A stretch of DNA of 64,000 bases, from contig OY782781.1 in NCBI GenBank assembly GCA_963678315.1, positions 2,272,001 to 2,336,000 on the forward strand, written 5' to 3'. The stretch comes from Candidatus Cloacimonadales bacterium. Lineage in GTDB: Bacteria; Cloacimonadota; Cloacimonadia; Cloacimonadales; JAFGVF01. The notes beneath the pieces are model-generated. The model was not told the DNA's origin. It saw only the letters and a list, made by a program, of their open reading frames with translations, and did no database searches. Each line of letters starts with the position of its first letter. The first letter of the stretch is position 1. A program made the position numbers and the translations under genes. Positions 29,542 to 39,808 of this stretch are shown here, piece after piece.

Positions 29542-30280
29542 AAATAAAATAAAAGATTTAAAAAAGTTAAAACACAAGAAATATAGAAATAATTCGGATA
29601 TTGTCCTTGTTGAAGGTAAAAGAATAGTTGAGCAACTCTTAACTTATAATCTGAAACCTGAGCACATATTTATTGCTGAAGATTGTATACAACTTAAGAA
29701 TATCTTTGCTAAAGAAGATAGAAATACTATCAATTATGTTAATCATAATACAATAGTTGAGCTCTCGGATACAAAAAATCCGCAGGAAATAGTTACTTTT
29801 TACAAGAAACCTAAAAATAAAATACCTAAACAAGGGACTTTTATATATTTGGATGATATTCGTGACCCGGGTAATTTAGGGACTATCTTTAGAACCTCCT
29901 TAGCTCTTGGTGTAGACGGGATATTTTTATCCCTAAACTGCTGTGAAGTCTTGAGCCCTAAAGTAATCCGTTCTTCGCTTGGATCAGTATTTAAACTTCC
30001 TTATACTATTATTGATATTGCTGATTTAAACATAGATAATTGTGATATTTTTTCTGCAGAAATGGAAGGTAGTCCAATTGATTCTATTACAGATCTAAGA
30101 CCTAACACTATATTGATTATAGGTAATGAAGCGAATGGAGTTTCAAAAGAAGTTTCAGCTTTTGCAACTGAGAAAGTTTCTATTCCAATGACTAAATACA
30201 TGGAATCACTTAATGCTTCAGTTGCATGCAGCATTCTAACACATTCTATTGTAAGCAAAAAAAGAAATGCAGATAGCTGA
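29531..30280 (+). CDS. TrmH/SpoU-family RNA methyltransferase
   Basis: DPGNLGTIFR, KVIRSSLG, GNEANG, ESLNAS. Confidence 0.92.
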   Translation: MISKNKIKDLKKLKHKKYRNNSDIVLVEGKRIVEQLLTYNLKPEHIFIAEDCIQLKNIFAKEDRNTINYVNHNTIVELSDTKNPQEIVTFYKKPKNKIPKQGTFIYLDDIRDPGNLGTIFRTSLALGVDGIFLSLNCCEVLSPKVIRSSLGSVFKLPYTIIDIADLNIDNCDIFSAEMEGSPIDSITDLRPNTILIIGNEANGVSKEVSAFATEKVSIPMTKYMESLNASVACSILTHSIVSKKRNADS

Positions 30281-31217
30281 TTTAACCAACAATAAACTTT
30301 GGTTAGCTCCTCTTGCCGGTTATACAGATTTTGCTTTTAGATCAATAGCTAAATTGTGTGGTGCTGATGTTATTGTCTCCGAAATGGTATCGGCTGATGG
30401 CTTATACTATAATGAAAGTAAATCAATAATCTATGCTGAATTCTCTGAAGAACAAAGACCTTTTGGTATCCAACTATTTGGTTCAGATCCTGACATGATG
30501 AAGAAAGGAACCGAGATATTAATGAAACTTAGACCAGATTTCATTGATATAAATATGGGTTGTCCTGTTAAGAAAGTAGTTAATAGAGGTGCTGGTTCAG
30601 CTCTAATGAAAGATCTCGATAATGCATGTAGGATAACAGAAGCAGTGAAGTCTGTAGCCCAGAAGCATGATATACTTGTAACCACTAAGTTTAGATCTGG
30701 TTGGGACAATAATAGTATAAACTACTTAGAGTATGGCAAAAGCTTAGTTAATGCAGGTTCTGACGCTCTTATTCTTCATGCTAGAACACGAAGTCAGATG
30801 TTTACAGGACATAGTGATTGGAACCATATTAAACGACTCAAGCAAGAAGTTAATATCCCTGTTATTGGTAATGGTGATGTTAATTCTAGCCAATCAGCCC
30901 TTGATATGTTAAACCAAACATCTTGTGATGGCATCATGATAGGTCGGGGAGCATTAGGCCAGCCTTGGTTATTCAAAACAATCAAGGATTCTCAAAATAT
31001 CCCTTTTGACTTAATAGATAAGAAAGAAATAATAAAGAAACATTTTAATCTTGCATTAGAAGTTAATGACAATAAGCAAAGAGCCATCGTTGAAATGAGA
31101 GCACATTTTAATTTCTATACAAAAGGATTAAAAGGTGGTTCTAGCTTACGTAATGAGATTAATAAAACAACAGATATCAATTTGATATTCAAAATTATAG
31201 AAAGATTAGAAATATAA
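30267..31217 (+). CDS. dusB: tRNA dihydrouridine synthase
   Basis: LAPLAG, DINMGCPV, GAGSAL, HARTR, IGNGD, MIGRG. Confidence 0.92.
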   Translation: MQIADLTNNKLWLAPLAGYTDFAFRSIAKLCGADVIVSEMVSADGLYYNESKSIIYAEFSEEQRPFGIQLFGSDPDMMKKGTEILMKLRPDFIDINMGCPVKKVVNRGAGSALMKDLDNACRITEAVKSVAQKHDILVTTKFRSGWDNNSINYLEYGKSLVNAGSDALILHARTRSQMFTGHSDWNHIKRLKQEVNIPVIGNGDVNSSQSALDMLNQTSCDGIMIGRGALGQPWLFKTIKDSQNIPFDLIDKKEIIKKHFNLALEVNDNKQRAIVEMRAHFNFYTKGLKGGSSLRNEINKTTDINLIFKIIERLEI

Positions 31218-31235
31218 TATATTATAGGAGATTTA

Positions 31236-31994
31236 ATGCGTTGTAAACATTGCAATTCTCAAATAGAAAATAGCGATTTATACTGTCCAAAATGTAGGAA
31301 GAAAACTCAGATAATCAAAAACACTTTCCTTATAAGAGAAATTATTGGATCTAACTTCAATAAACTGAAAGAGAATAAACCTGATGCAAAGTTCAGCCTT
31401 TTCTATACAATAATAATGATTGTATTCTTAGGGGCATTATACAGCCACTTCTTCCATTTTAACTATTCAAATGATTGGATAAGATATGGTGTTGAGAATT
31501 TGATATATCTTGTAATGATGCCATTATTATTAGTTCCATTTGGCATTCAAAACGAGCTTATGGAAATAGGCTATGGTAGTGAATTTCGTAACTTGTATTT
31601 AAGTAAATTACCGAGATATTTTAAGTTTGTACTTTTTAATATATTAGTGTTTGCTCTGATAAAGTTCTTATGTATTGGAGATCCTATTCTAGTTATAGTT
31701 AGATTAATTCTGAACCTTTGGTGGTTAGCTGTTCAATTACCTTTAGCAGTAATTGCAGGAAGAGATAAAAGAAATTGTTTTAAGTTAACTAAGCTTTCCA
31801 ATATAGCTTTTCAAGACTTACGTTGGCAAATGTTCTTTGCAATAGGTATATTGCTTTTTGCTAACATTGTAATGATAATTCCGTTATTTTTAGGCTTTAT
31901 CTTTTACGGCCAACTTAGTGCGAAATCAATTAGCGAATTTGTTGACCGTGTTTATGATAATGGGATTATTGAAAAGTATTTTCCTAAAAGTTAA
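31236..31994 (+). CDS. Hypothetical membrane protein with N-terminal zinc ribbon
   Basis: CKHC...CPKC followed by several TM segments; AGGAG RBS. Confidence 0.75.
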   Translation: MRCKHCNSQIENSDLYCPKCRKKTQIIKNTFLIREIIGSNFNKLKENKPDAKFSLFYTIIMIVFLGALYSHFFHFNYSNDWIRYGVENLIYLVMMPLLLVPFGIQNELMEIGYGSEFRNLYLSKLPRYFKFVLFNILVFALIKFLCIGDPILVIVRLILNLWWLAVQLPLAVIAGRDKRNCFKLTKLSNIAFQDLRWQMFFAIGILLFANIVMIIPLFLGFIFYGQLSAKSISEFVDRVYDNGIIEKYFPKS

Positions 31995-32445
31995 AATCTA
32001 CTTGCCTTAGAGCTTCAAACAGTATAATAGCAACACTATTTGATAGATTTATTGAGCGGATATCAGAAGTCATAGGAATTGTTATATTATAATCTTTATA
32101 CTGATTTAATATGTCTTCTGGTATACCTCTTGATTCAGGTCCAAACATAAAAGCATCACCTTCTTTATATTCCAATGAAGTATATTTTTGTTCCGTTTTA
32201 GTTGTACAATAATATATGTTTATGTCAGGGTATTTATCCATAAAATCTTCTAATGACTCGTGCATGAATATTTTCAATTTATCCCAATAATCTAAACCTG
32301 CTCTTTTGACTAACTTATCAGTAAGCATAAATCTCATTGGTTTTATTATGTGCAATTCTAGATTTGCACCTACGCATATTCTTCCTATATTTCCTGTATT
32401 ACTCGGTATTTCTGGCTGATATAAAACTACTTTGAATTTACTCAT
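31984..32445 (-). CDS. trmL: tRNA (cytidine34-2'-O)-methyltransferase
   Basis: PEIPSNTGNIGR, RAGLDYW, FGPESRG, RSINLSNSV. Confidence 0.95.
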   Translation of the reverse strand: MSKFKVVLYQPEIPSNTGNIGRICVGANLELHIIKPMRFMLTDKLVKRAGLDYWDKLKIFMHESLEDFMDKYPDINIYYCTTKTEQKYTSLEYKEGDAFMFGPESRGIPEDILNQYKDYNITIPMTSDIRSINLSNSVAIILFEALRQVDFNF

Positions 32446-33499
32446 TATATCCTCTTCTGTATTTTTTCCAATATTCTATCCAGTCAGCTAGATGCTTATC
32501 AACAACCCATTGTTTGACTTTTGAATTAACATATTTATCAGGGAAGTTTAATCTTCTAAAAGATTCATGACGCTTAGCACTTGCATTTACTGGGTAATGC
32601 TTTGTAGCAGTAGAAATTGCTTCTTGAATCTCGGTTTTGTGTAAAAAGACTAGAAACTTTTCACATGAATCCTGTTTCTTAGTGTGTTTTGTAATTCCAG
32701 CAGAATGGATTATTTTGAAAGAACCTTCAGGAAAATACTTAAACTTCAACAGATTATTTCCATTATCAAGTTTTAATACTTCACTAATCGAAGTATAAAT
32801 TAATCTGTTAGGCTTTTCCAGAAAATGCTTTATAGCTTCATTTTCATTTGATTTAATCTTATCAATACTGCTTTTAATCATCTTAAAACAGGATGAATAG
32901 CCATGAAATTTAAATATTCCCACAATATTCAAAAAGCTAGCTCTTCCAATTTCTGTATCTATTGCATCACAAAGGATTAACTTGTCATAGAACTTCTCTA
33001 ATTGAAGCTCAGCAAATGATATTGGGAAATCTAGACTATCTTTTGTTTTACCAATCAGAGTTAAGAAGCTAAATTCATAGGGCAATAGGTTTTTATGCCT
33101 TGGAATCTTGTTATCGCTTCTGACTTTACTGAAATAGAAGTTACCTATATTTTGGAACATGTCCAAACTATCAATTTCTGTTACAAAGACATTTGATAAT
33201 CCTAATACAAGATCAGGGTAATTATGATAATCAACTTCTGCTAAACAATCGATAAGCTCTTTTTTACTTCCCCCGTTTTCCCATATTAATTTTATCTCTG
33301 AATCTTCGAGAAAAGACTGGCTTAAAGAATTACTAAGACTAGTTTCAAAAAAGTCATCCGTTGCTAAAATATATAAAGAATCTTTAGCTACTATATTATT
33401 GTTCTTATGGTTTTCTTTAGGTTTCTTATTTTTATCACTTTCAGAATTACATGCTATTAATAAGATAGAAAGACAAAATAAAGCAAATATTCGTTTCAT
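32438..33499 (-). CDS. Extracellular solute-binding lipoprotein (thiamine-binding TbpA-like fold)
   Basis: Lipobox LLIAC; DLVLGL, LLPYEF, FLVFL...IQ...YPVN pattern; divergent. Confidence 0.6.
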   Translation of the reverse strand: MKRIFALFCLSILLIACNSESDKNKKPKENHKNNNIVAKDSLYILATDDFFETSLSNSLSQSFLEDSEIKLIWENGGSKKELIDCLAEVDYHNYPDLVLGLSNVFVTEIDSLDMFQNIGNFYFSKVRSDNKIPRHKNLLPYEFSFLTLIGKTKDSLDFPISFAELQLEKFYDKLILCDAIDTEIGRASFLNIVGIFKFHGYSSCFKMIKSSIDKIKSNENEAIKHFLEKPNRLIYTSISEVLKLDNGNNLLKFKYFPEGSFKIIHSAGITKHTKKQDSCEKFLVFLHKTEIQEAISTATKHYPVNASAKRHESFRRLNFPDKYVNSKVKQWVVDKHLADWIEYWKKYRRGYNE

Positions 33500-33502
33500 A
33501 AT

Positions 33503-34243
33503 TTATAGTCCAAATAGTATCCAAGCAACAACAAAATCAAGAACCAATATCATAATGGAGGAATAAACAACTGTACGTGTGCTTGAATTACCGACACCTT
33601 CAGATCCATTGGTAGTCCTACTTCCTTCAAAGCATGCAATAGAAGTTATAGTAAAACCGAAAGCTAGTGCTTTTACAAGTCCACCTACTACATCAGATAA
33701 GGTAAAATAATTCTGCATATTTGAAAAGAATGTATAAAATGATATTTTGTATTTAGCAACAGAGAAAAGGTATCCCGAAGTTATACCAACAATCATAGAG
33801 AATATGGTTAGGATTGGGACCATAATTGAACCGGCAATAACTCTAGGCATATATAAAAAGTTATATGGGTTTACAGCCATAGATTCCATAGCATCTATTT
33901 GTTCTGACACCTTCATAGTCCCTATTTCTGCTGTTAAAGCAGCCCCTATTTTACCTGTTAAAACTAGAGCAGTAAGAACTGGAGCAAGTTCTACAACTAC
34001 AGATTTTTCTACTAATACCCCAAGATAACTTAGAGGAATTCTACCTTTAGTCTGATAAATTGCTTGTAATGCAGTTACAAATCCTGTAAACGTTGATGTA
34101 ATGATAATAAGTCCTAAAGATTCAATACCTATTTTCTTGCATATCTTTAGGAAATAGAATCTTCTTTTAAAAATCCTATGAATCTGAGAAAAAACTTTCC
34201 CAACAAAAATAATATATTGTCCCAGTCTAACAAAAAAGTTCAT
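33503..34243 (-). CDS. mlaE: MlaE-family ABC permease
   Basis: ELAPVLTAL, AEIGTMKVSEQIDA, PRVIA, GSEGVG..TRTVV. Confidence 0.92.
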   Translation of the reverse strand: MNFFVRLGQYIIFVGKVFSQIHRIFKRRFYFLKICKKIGIESLGLIIITSTFTGFVTALQAIYQTKGRIPLSYLGVLVEKSVVVELAPVLTALVLTGKIGAALTAEIGTMKVSEQIDAMESMAVNPYNFLYMPRVIAGSIMVPILTIFSMIVGITSGYLFSVAKYKISFYTFFSNMQNYFTLSDVVGGLVKALAFGFTITSIACFEGSRTTNGSEGVGNSSTRTVVYSSIMILVLDFVVAWILFGL

Positions 34244-35598
34244 TAAACCTCAATATTAGAAGGGGCATTCATTTCTAGATTTCTGAAAGCTGTTAAGTGT
34301 GGAATAAAGGCAAGTTTAACTGTTCCAACAGCACCATGACGGTTTTTACCGATAATCACTTCAGCAATACCTTTATCAGCAGAATCTTCGTGATAGTATT
34401 CATCACGGTAAATGAACATTACAAGATCGGCATCCTGTTCAATTGCACCTGATTCACGTAAATCCGATAGCTTTGGTCTTTTATCTTCACGAGATTCTAA
34501 ACCACGATTTAACTGAGATAAAGCGACAACTGGAACTTCTAATTCTTTAGCAAGAATTTTCAATGCACGAGATATTTCAGCAATTTCTTGTTGTCGGTTA
34601 TCTTTGAAACGCTGAGAAGACATCAATTGAAGATAGTCAATAAGAATCAAGTCTAAGCCCTTTGTCTCTGCTTTTAGCCTTCTTAGTTTAGCTCTCATTT
34701 CTAAGGGACCGTTAGTACCAGAATCATCTATAAATAAATCTTTTTCAGAAAGAGTCATTGCGTAGTTGGTGACCCTTGTCATCTTTTCTTCAGTCATTCC
34801 AAAACCTTTAATCATAGCATCCATAGGAACTTCTGAAGCTGAGGCTAAAATACGTATAAGCAATTCTTCATTTGCCATCTCCATTGTAAAAATAGCAACT
34901 TTCTTATTATGGTGCATAACGCTGTTAAAAGCCATATTTAATGCTAAGGCTGTCTTACCCATAGCAGGTCTTGCTGCAAGAATAATCAATTGACCAGGTC
35001 TGAAACCACCTGTCATCTTATCTAGATCATGGTAACCAGAAGATATACCTGTCACTGCAGTACGAGAAGATGCAACTTCATGAATGTTATCAAGGGTTGA
35101 ATTCATTAAGTCTCCAATCTTAGAGAAATAATCAGAATTCTTATTATTGGTAACATCATAAATCATTTGTTCAGCGTGGTCAATTATCTCAGATACTTCT
35201 CCTTGACCATTATAGCAATTCTCAATAATTGAATTGGAAGTAACAATCAACTCACGAAGAATAGCCTTCTCTGTAATAATCTTAATATGATATTCTAAGT
35301 TTGCAGTAGAGAGTACAACATCAGATATTTCATTTATATAGGCAACACCACCTATTTTATCTATTTTATCTGAACGTTTTAGCTGGTCAGTAATAGTTAC
35401 AAGGTCTATCTCGATACTATTTTTATATAATTCCTTCATAGCCTGAAAGATTGTCTTATGGGCAGTACGATAGAAGTACTTATCATCTAAATCGGTAATA
35501 GCTTGAGAAGCAGCAACGTTATCAAGCATCATAGCACTTAACACTGCTGCTTCAGCATTAATATCATAAGGTAATGAACGATCTGTATCAAAAGCCAT
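34243..35598 (-). CDS. dnaB: Replicative DNA helicase
   Basis: AARPAMGKT, IDYLQL, LSQLNR, DLRESGAIEQDAD, KNRHG; no intein. Confidence 0.98.
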   Translation of the reverse strand: MAFDTDRSLPYDINAEAAVLSAMMLDNVAASQAITDLDDKYFYRTAHKTIFQAMKELYKNSIEIDLVTITDQLKRSDKIDKIGGVAYINEISDVVLSTANLEYHIKIITEKAILRELIVTSNSIIENCYNGQGEVSEIIDHAEQMIYDVTNNKNSDYFSKIGDLMNSTLDNIHEVASSRTAVTGISSGYHDLDKMTGGFRPGQLIILAARPAMGKTALALNMAFNSVMHHNKKVAIFTMEMANEELLIRILASASEVPMDAMIKGFGMTEEKMTRVTNYAMTLSEKDLFIDDSGTNGPLEMRAKLRRLKAETKGLDLILIDYLQLMSSQRFKDNRQQEIAEISRALKILAKELEVPVVALSQLNRGLESREDKRPKLSDLRESGAIEQDADLVMFIYRDEYYHEDSADKGIAEVIIGKNRHGAVGTVKLAFIPHLTAFRNLEMNAPSNIEV

Positions 35599-36095
35599 TA
35601 ATTTTCATCCTTGTGTAATTTCTCTTTTAGCGCATCAGCAACTACTTGAGGAACTAGAGTTTTAACATCTCCATTAACAGCAGCGATGTTCCTAACCATA
35701 CTTGATGAAAGATACAAGAATTCGAATCTAGGAACTAAGAAAACTGTTTCGATTTCATTACTCAATTTCTTATTCATCAGAGCAAGTTGGAGCTCATATT
35801 CAAAATCTGATACAGCTCTCAATCCTCTAATCACAATATTGGTTTTATACTCTTTTGCAAAATCCACAACTAATCCTTCAAAAGCAATAGCTTTTGCATT
35901 AGCTATATGAGATATTGCTTTGGAGCAAAGCTCTTCCCTCTTATCAAGAGAGAAAAAAGTCTTTTTATAGTTATCTTTAGCAACAGCCATAATTACTTCA
36001 TCGAACATGGCTGCTGCTTTTTCAACTATATTTATATGACCCAAAGTAACAGGGTCAAATGTTCCAGGATATATAGCTATCTTTTTTTTTATCAT
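35598..36095 (-). CDS. coaD: Pantetheine-phosphate adenylyltransferase
   Basis: YPGTFDPVTLGH, RGLRAVSDFEYE, SSS. Confidence 0.97.
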   Translation of the reverse strand: MIKKKIAIYPGTFDPVTLGHINIVEKAAAMFDEVIMAVAKDNYKKTFFSLDKREELCSKAISHIANAKAIAFEGLVVDFAKEYKTNIVIRGLRAVSDFEYELQLALMNKKLSNEIETVFLVPRFEFLYLSSSMVRNIAAVNGDVKTLVPQVVADALKEKLHKDEN

Positions 36096-37336
36096 TAACT
36101 AAGAGTTTCCTTTCTTATCTTCTCTAAGTCTTCAACTTCTTTAGGAATGTTAGATGAAAGAACTCTGAAACCATCTTCTGTTACAAGCACATCATCTTCT
36201 ATTCTTACACCAATTGATTCTTCATCAATATAGATACCTGGTTCAATAGTAATCACCATTCCAGGTTCAAGAACAGAAGTTCTAGTTCCTACATCATGAG
36301 TATCTAAGCCTAAATGATGTCCAATACTGTGCATGTAGTATTTTCTAACTTCACTATCTTCTTTTATAAGTCCTAATTTATGACATGATTTAGTAATTAA
36401 TTCCACAGCTTTTTTGTTTAAATCAATGAAGCTAATTCCTGGCTTTATCATTTCAATGAGTTCCTTCTGTGTAGCTAAGACTTCGCTATAAACTTCTTTA
36501 CATCTTGGTTCAAAAGTTTCTCCGATTGGGAATGTTCTTGTTACATCTGCACTGTAGCCATAGCATTCCGCTCCAACATCACAAAGCACCATACAGTTAT
36601 CTGCAATTTGCATTTCATTTTCTATATAATGAAGAGTGGCAGCATTCTTCGCTGATGCTATAATTGGAGTAAAGCCCCAATGTCTAAATCCTTCACTAAG
36701 CATTTCATTATATAACATTGACTCTAACTGAAATTCAAACATGCCAGCTTTAGCATTTTTAAAGATAACATCAAGTCCTTGCCCTGTTATATCAATAGCT
36801 TTTTGTAATTGTTCAATTTCGAATTCATCCTTATACTGACGGAGAGGTCTGACAACTTCAGTTATTTCGCTTATAACAACTTGAGGATTTCTATCTCTTA
36901 GATCTCTAACAAATATTAATCTATCATTAAGGACTTTATCAATTCCTAAGTTTCCATAGTTAACATATAGCTTTTTAATAGCAAACATAGCCATAGAAGT
37001 TGAGAATTCATGGTTAAATTCATCAAGAAATTTAACATTTTCAATTGCTGAAATTTCTGTAGCTTCTTCAGGATACATTTTAGCACCTTCCCAAACTATT
37101 CTCTCAGGAATATTTCTTTCGATAAATAACTTAATGCTTATTTTTCCATTCGACTTTGCTACCAGTAGCTTCGCATTAGGAATTTCTAAACCTGTGAAGT
37201 ATAAGAAATTCTTGTCTTGACTAAATCTATTAACACCAACAGGTTCATTATTTGCAAAAATAAGAACTGCTTCATTATCTTGTAGTTGTTCATTTAAACG
37301 ATCAAATCTTTTTGGTAAAAATTCTCTAATTTCCAT
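36095..37336 (-). CDS. pepP: Xaa-Pro aminopeptidase (M24B)
   Basis: TLHY, DVGAE..Y.ADVTRT, HHLGLDTHD, TIEPGIY, GVRIED. Start placed after GGAGG (37342-37346). Confidence 0.92.
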   Translation of the reverse strand: MEIREFLPKRFDRLNEQLQDNEAVLIFANNEPVGVNRFSQDKNFLYFTGLEIPNAKLLVAKSNGKISIKLFIERNIPERIVWEGAKMYPEEATEISAIENVKFLDEFNHEFSTSMAMFAIKKLYVNYGNLGIDKVLNDRLIFVRDLRDRNPQVVISEITEVVRPLRQYKDEFEIEQLQKAIDITGQGLDVIFKNAKAGMFEFQLESMLYNEMLSEGFRHWGFTPIIASAKNAATLHYIENEMQIADNCMVLCDVGAECYGYSADVTRTFPIGETFEPRCKEVYSEVLATQKELIEMIKPGISFIDLNKKAVELITKSCHKLGLIKEDSEVRKYYMHSIGHHLGLDTHDVGTRTSVLEPGMVITIEPGIYIDEESIGVRIEDDVLVTEDGFRVLSSNIPKEVEDLEKIRKETLS

Positions 37337-37359
37337 TTGTACCTCCAATTAGTACATAC

Positions 37360-38595
37360 CTATTTATTTTTAATTTTTAATTTTCCATATTCTCCATCAA
37401 AACCGGGAGGATCAAATTTGAACTGACCCTTTTTAACAGCAATGATTGCATACATTGTTTTTAAAGGAATTCTTTTGTCAAGAAGTTCTATAATTTCACT
37501 TTCAGTGCATCCCCATAATGCTATTTCAGTGCCACTTAAGGCAATAATATCCATATAAACCTCTATTACTCTCTTTGAAGTTATACTTTTTAATTCCAGT
37601 GAATAAGCTACTACTTCAATCAATGGTATTAAAGGATAAAATTCTCTTTTAAGAGCTTTTATGTTTTTATCTGCTAGTTGATTAATTCTGTCATAAACTC
37701 CGATTACCATTTTCTTACCGCATATAGGGCATTTATTAATTAATTTATCTTCATCGCTTAAAATATAGTAATCTTTACCAACATGTCGTTTAGAAGCATG
37801 ACCTGTTCTATAATATCTTCCTTCTGCTGGATTAAATTCAGCTGTAAAGTTTACTTTATTTTCTCTGATTGATGTGATAATCTGTTCATAAGATAAGCTA
37901 TCTATATTCAGGTTAGTAAACTCCCTTCCAATCCTGTTCAAAGCAGCGCTATGGCAATCACTATTAGAAATAAGAGTTAAATCAGAAACATAAGGTATCT
38001 GTTCTAACATAGGAGGATCTGCACTTAAACCAGTCTCAACTGCATGTATGTTTGCTAGAAAATCTCCATAAAATTCTTCAATACTTTCTAACATATTCTT
38101 ACAACCTAAAACTCCATCTGGAGTCATAATGTGGGCTGGTATTATCTCTATTCTAGGATCGATATTAGTTATTGCAAATAATCTTTCAACCATCTGTTCT
38201 CTGCTGTCTGATACTATAAATGGCCTGCCAATAGTATTCTTTTGCCCCCAATCATCCATCAACTTAGCCATTTTTTTGATAGATTTAAAATCTGGAAACA
38301 AAATTACATGATGTGCTACAGTCTTGTTCTTATAGCCAGCTAATTTAACTGTGAGGATTATTTCTGTTTGTAAAAGAAAGTTAGATTTATCATTGTTATG
38401 TAATTTATATAAGCCATTGTTTTGGCAAACAAGCTCTTTTTCTAAACAATTATAACGAGCTGGTAACAGAATATCACCTGTAGCAAATACATCAATACCC
38501 TTCATTTTCATAGTAGCTGAGACATCAGTTAATTCAATTTTTCCTACTCCTCCAGCATAACCTGAATGAGAATGTAGATCGACAGAAATATTCAT
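37360..38595 (-). CDS. Endonuclease Q-like PHP-domain protein
   Basis: DLHSHS, PAHI.TP, ETGLSADP, SNSDCHS..IGRE, CPICG, GFDGEYG. Confidence 0.85.
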   Translation of the reverse strand: MNISVDLHSHSGYAGGVGKIELTDVSATMKMKGIDVFATGDILLPARYNCLEKELVCQNNGLYKLHNNDKSNFLLQTEIILTVKLAGYKNKTVAHHVILFPDFKSIKKMAKLMDDWGQKNTIGRPFIVSDSREQMVERLFAITNIDPRIEIIPAHIMTPDGVLGCKNMLESIEEFYGDFLANIHAVETGLSADPPMLEQIPYVSDLTLISNSDCHSAALNRIGREFTNLNIDSLSYEQIITSIRENKVNFTAEFNPAEGRYYRTGHASKRHVGKDYYILSDEDKLINKCPICGKKMVIGVYDRINQLADKNIKALKREFYPLIPLIEVVAYSLELKSITSKRVIEVYMDIIALSGTEIALWGCTESEIIELLDKRIPLKTMYAIIAVKKGQFKFDPPGFDGEYGKLKIKNK

Positions 38596-38605
38596 TTTTT
38601 CTCCT

Positions 38606-38641
38606 AAAAAAAAGCCTTGAATCCATAAGATTCAAGGCTTT
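38606..38641 (-). terminator. Rho-independent terminator of the lipoprotein gene
   Basis: Stem AAAGCCTTGAATC/GATTCAAGGCTTT with 5-nt loop and T8 tract on minus strand. Confidence 0.85.
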
Positions 38642-38663
38642 AAATTAATCAAGCTAAAATTAT

Positions 38664-39794
38664 CTAGTTAGCTTCTACTCTTCCTTCAATTTTCTTGAAA
38701 TTAAAGTTACTTTTGTTTTTTAAGTTGTTATGAACACCTTGTTTTTTACCATCTGTTGAATAATCATAATTTGATGTATTAGCAATAGTAATAACTTCTT
38801 CATAAATTTCAGCTTCAAAAGCTTGATCATCAATAATTTTAATGTCATAAGTACCAGGTTCAACAGTCCATGCATAGTTGCTACCAGGAGCAATTGTTCC
38901 AGTCAACCAATCTTGACCCCATTCTGTGTTAGCAGAAGGTGAGATATAAACTTCTGTGATATTGTTTGAAGACATGTTGTTGATTTTTACAACACCACCT
39001 TCAGCTTCAACAGTATATTCATGCATTGCAGCGTAAGAAAAATCAAACTGTTCGGTTTTGTTAAATATAAAGTAACCAGATAATTGTAAATCTACATCAT
39101 CTTCATAAGAATCATCAATTACAGTTACAGTGAAGTCATCACTTGTACCAATAGTTTGGCTTGGATTATTATCAACTTTAAATGTAACTAAGCCACCTGA
39201 AGTATTTTTAACACCTAGAGTGCTAACGCCTAAAACTGTTACATCTTCTGTTAAAGCAATGTTATCAAAAGTATAAGTCTCAGAATTATCAAGATTAACT
39301 GTTAATTTATAGTTTCCAGCTGCTTTTAAAACATCAAATTCTTCACCTGCAGCTAAGAAGGCTGTTAAAACATTGTTTCCAAATTCAGATGAACTTGCAA
39401 GATATAAGTATGCTGAATTAATGCTAGCATTAAAATTGTTAACTATATTAACTCTTCCACCATCAGCTGTAATTGTTACATCTAATTCTTCACCTTGTGC
39501 AATTACGTAGGTTCTTTCAATGCTACTATCAAAATAGTCACCACTTACTGTATAGCTATCAGTGATTTCATCAAAATCAGTAAAAGATTCAGCATTATAA
39601 GTTTTTGATGTTGATTCTCCTGCTGCTAATACAAAACTAAAGGTGTAGTCAGGTAAGGTAACCTCAATTTCATGATTAGTTGCGTTAGTAAAAACTGCTT
39701 TAGTCACAACTGCATTATCATCGTCATCGTCTGAACATCCAATCATGAACAATGCCATGATTACAACAAGTCCTAAAATTAGTACTTTTTTCAT
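38664..39794 (-). CDS. Acidic beta-rich lipoprotein with internal duplication
   Basis: Lipobox MIGC-SDDDDD; two similar halves; AGGAG RBS. Confidence 0.85.
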   Translation of the reverse strand: MKKVLILGLVVIMALFMIGCSDDDDDNAVVTKAVFTNATNHEIEVTLPDYTFSFVLAAGESTSKTYNAESFTDFDEITDSYTVSGDYFDSSIERTYVIAQGEELDVTITADGGRVNIVNNFNASINSAYLYLASSSEFGNNVLTAFLAAGEEFDVLKAAGNYKLTVNLDNSETYTFDNIALTEDVTVLGVSTLGVKNTSGGLVTFKVDNNPSQTIGTSDDFTVTVIDDSYEDDVDLQLSGYFIFNKTEQFDFSYAAMHEYTVEAEGGVVKINNMSSNNITEVYISPSANTEWGQDWLTGTIAPGSNYAWTVEPGTYDIKIIDDQAFEAEIYEEVITIANTSNYDYSTDGKKQGVHNNLKNKSNFNFKKIEGRVEAN

Positions 39795-39808
39795 AATTAA
39801 CTCCTATT

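Noticed and set aside
32438..34243. Solute-binding lipoprotein plus mlaE as a novel transporter
   Set aside because: No ATPase or MCE gene nearby; mixed housekeeping runs are the norm in this window, so adjacency is weak evidence
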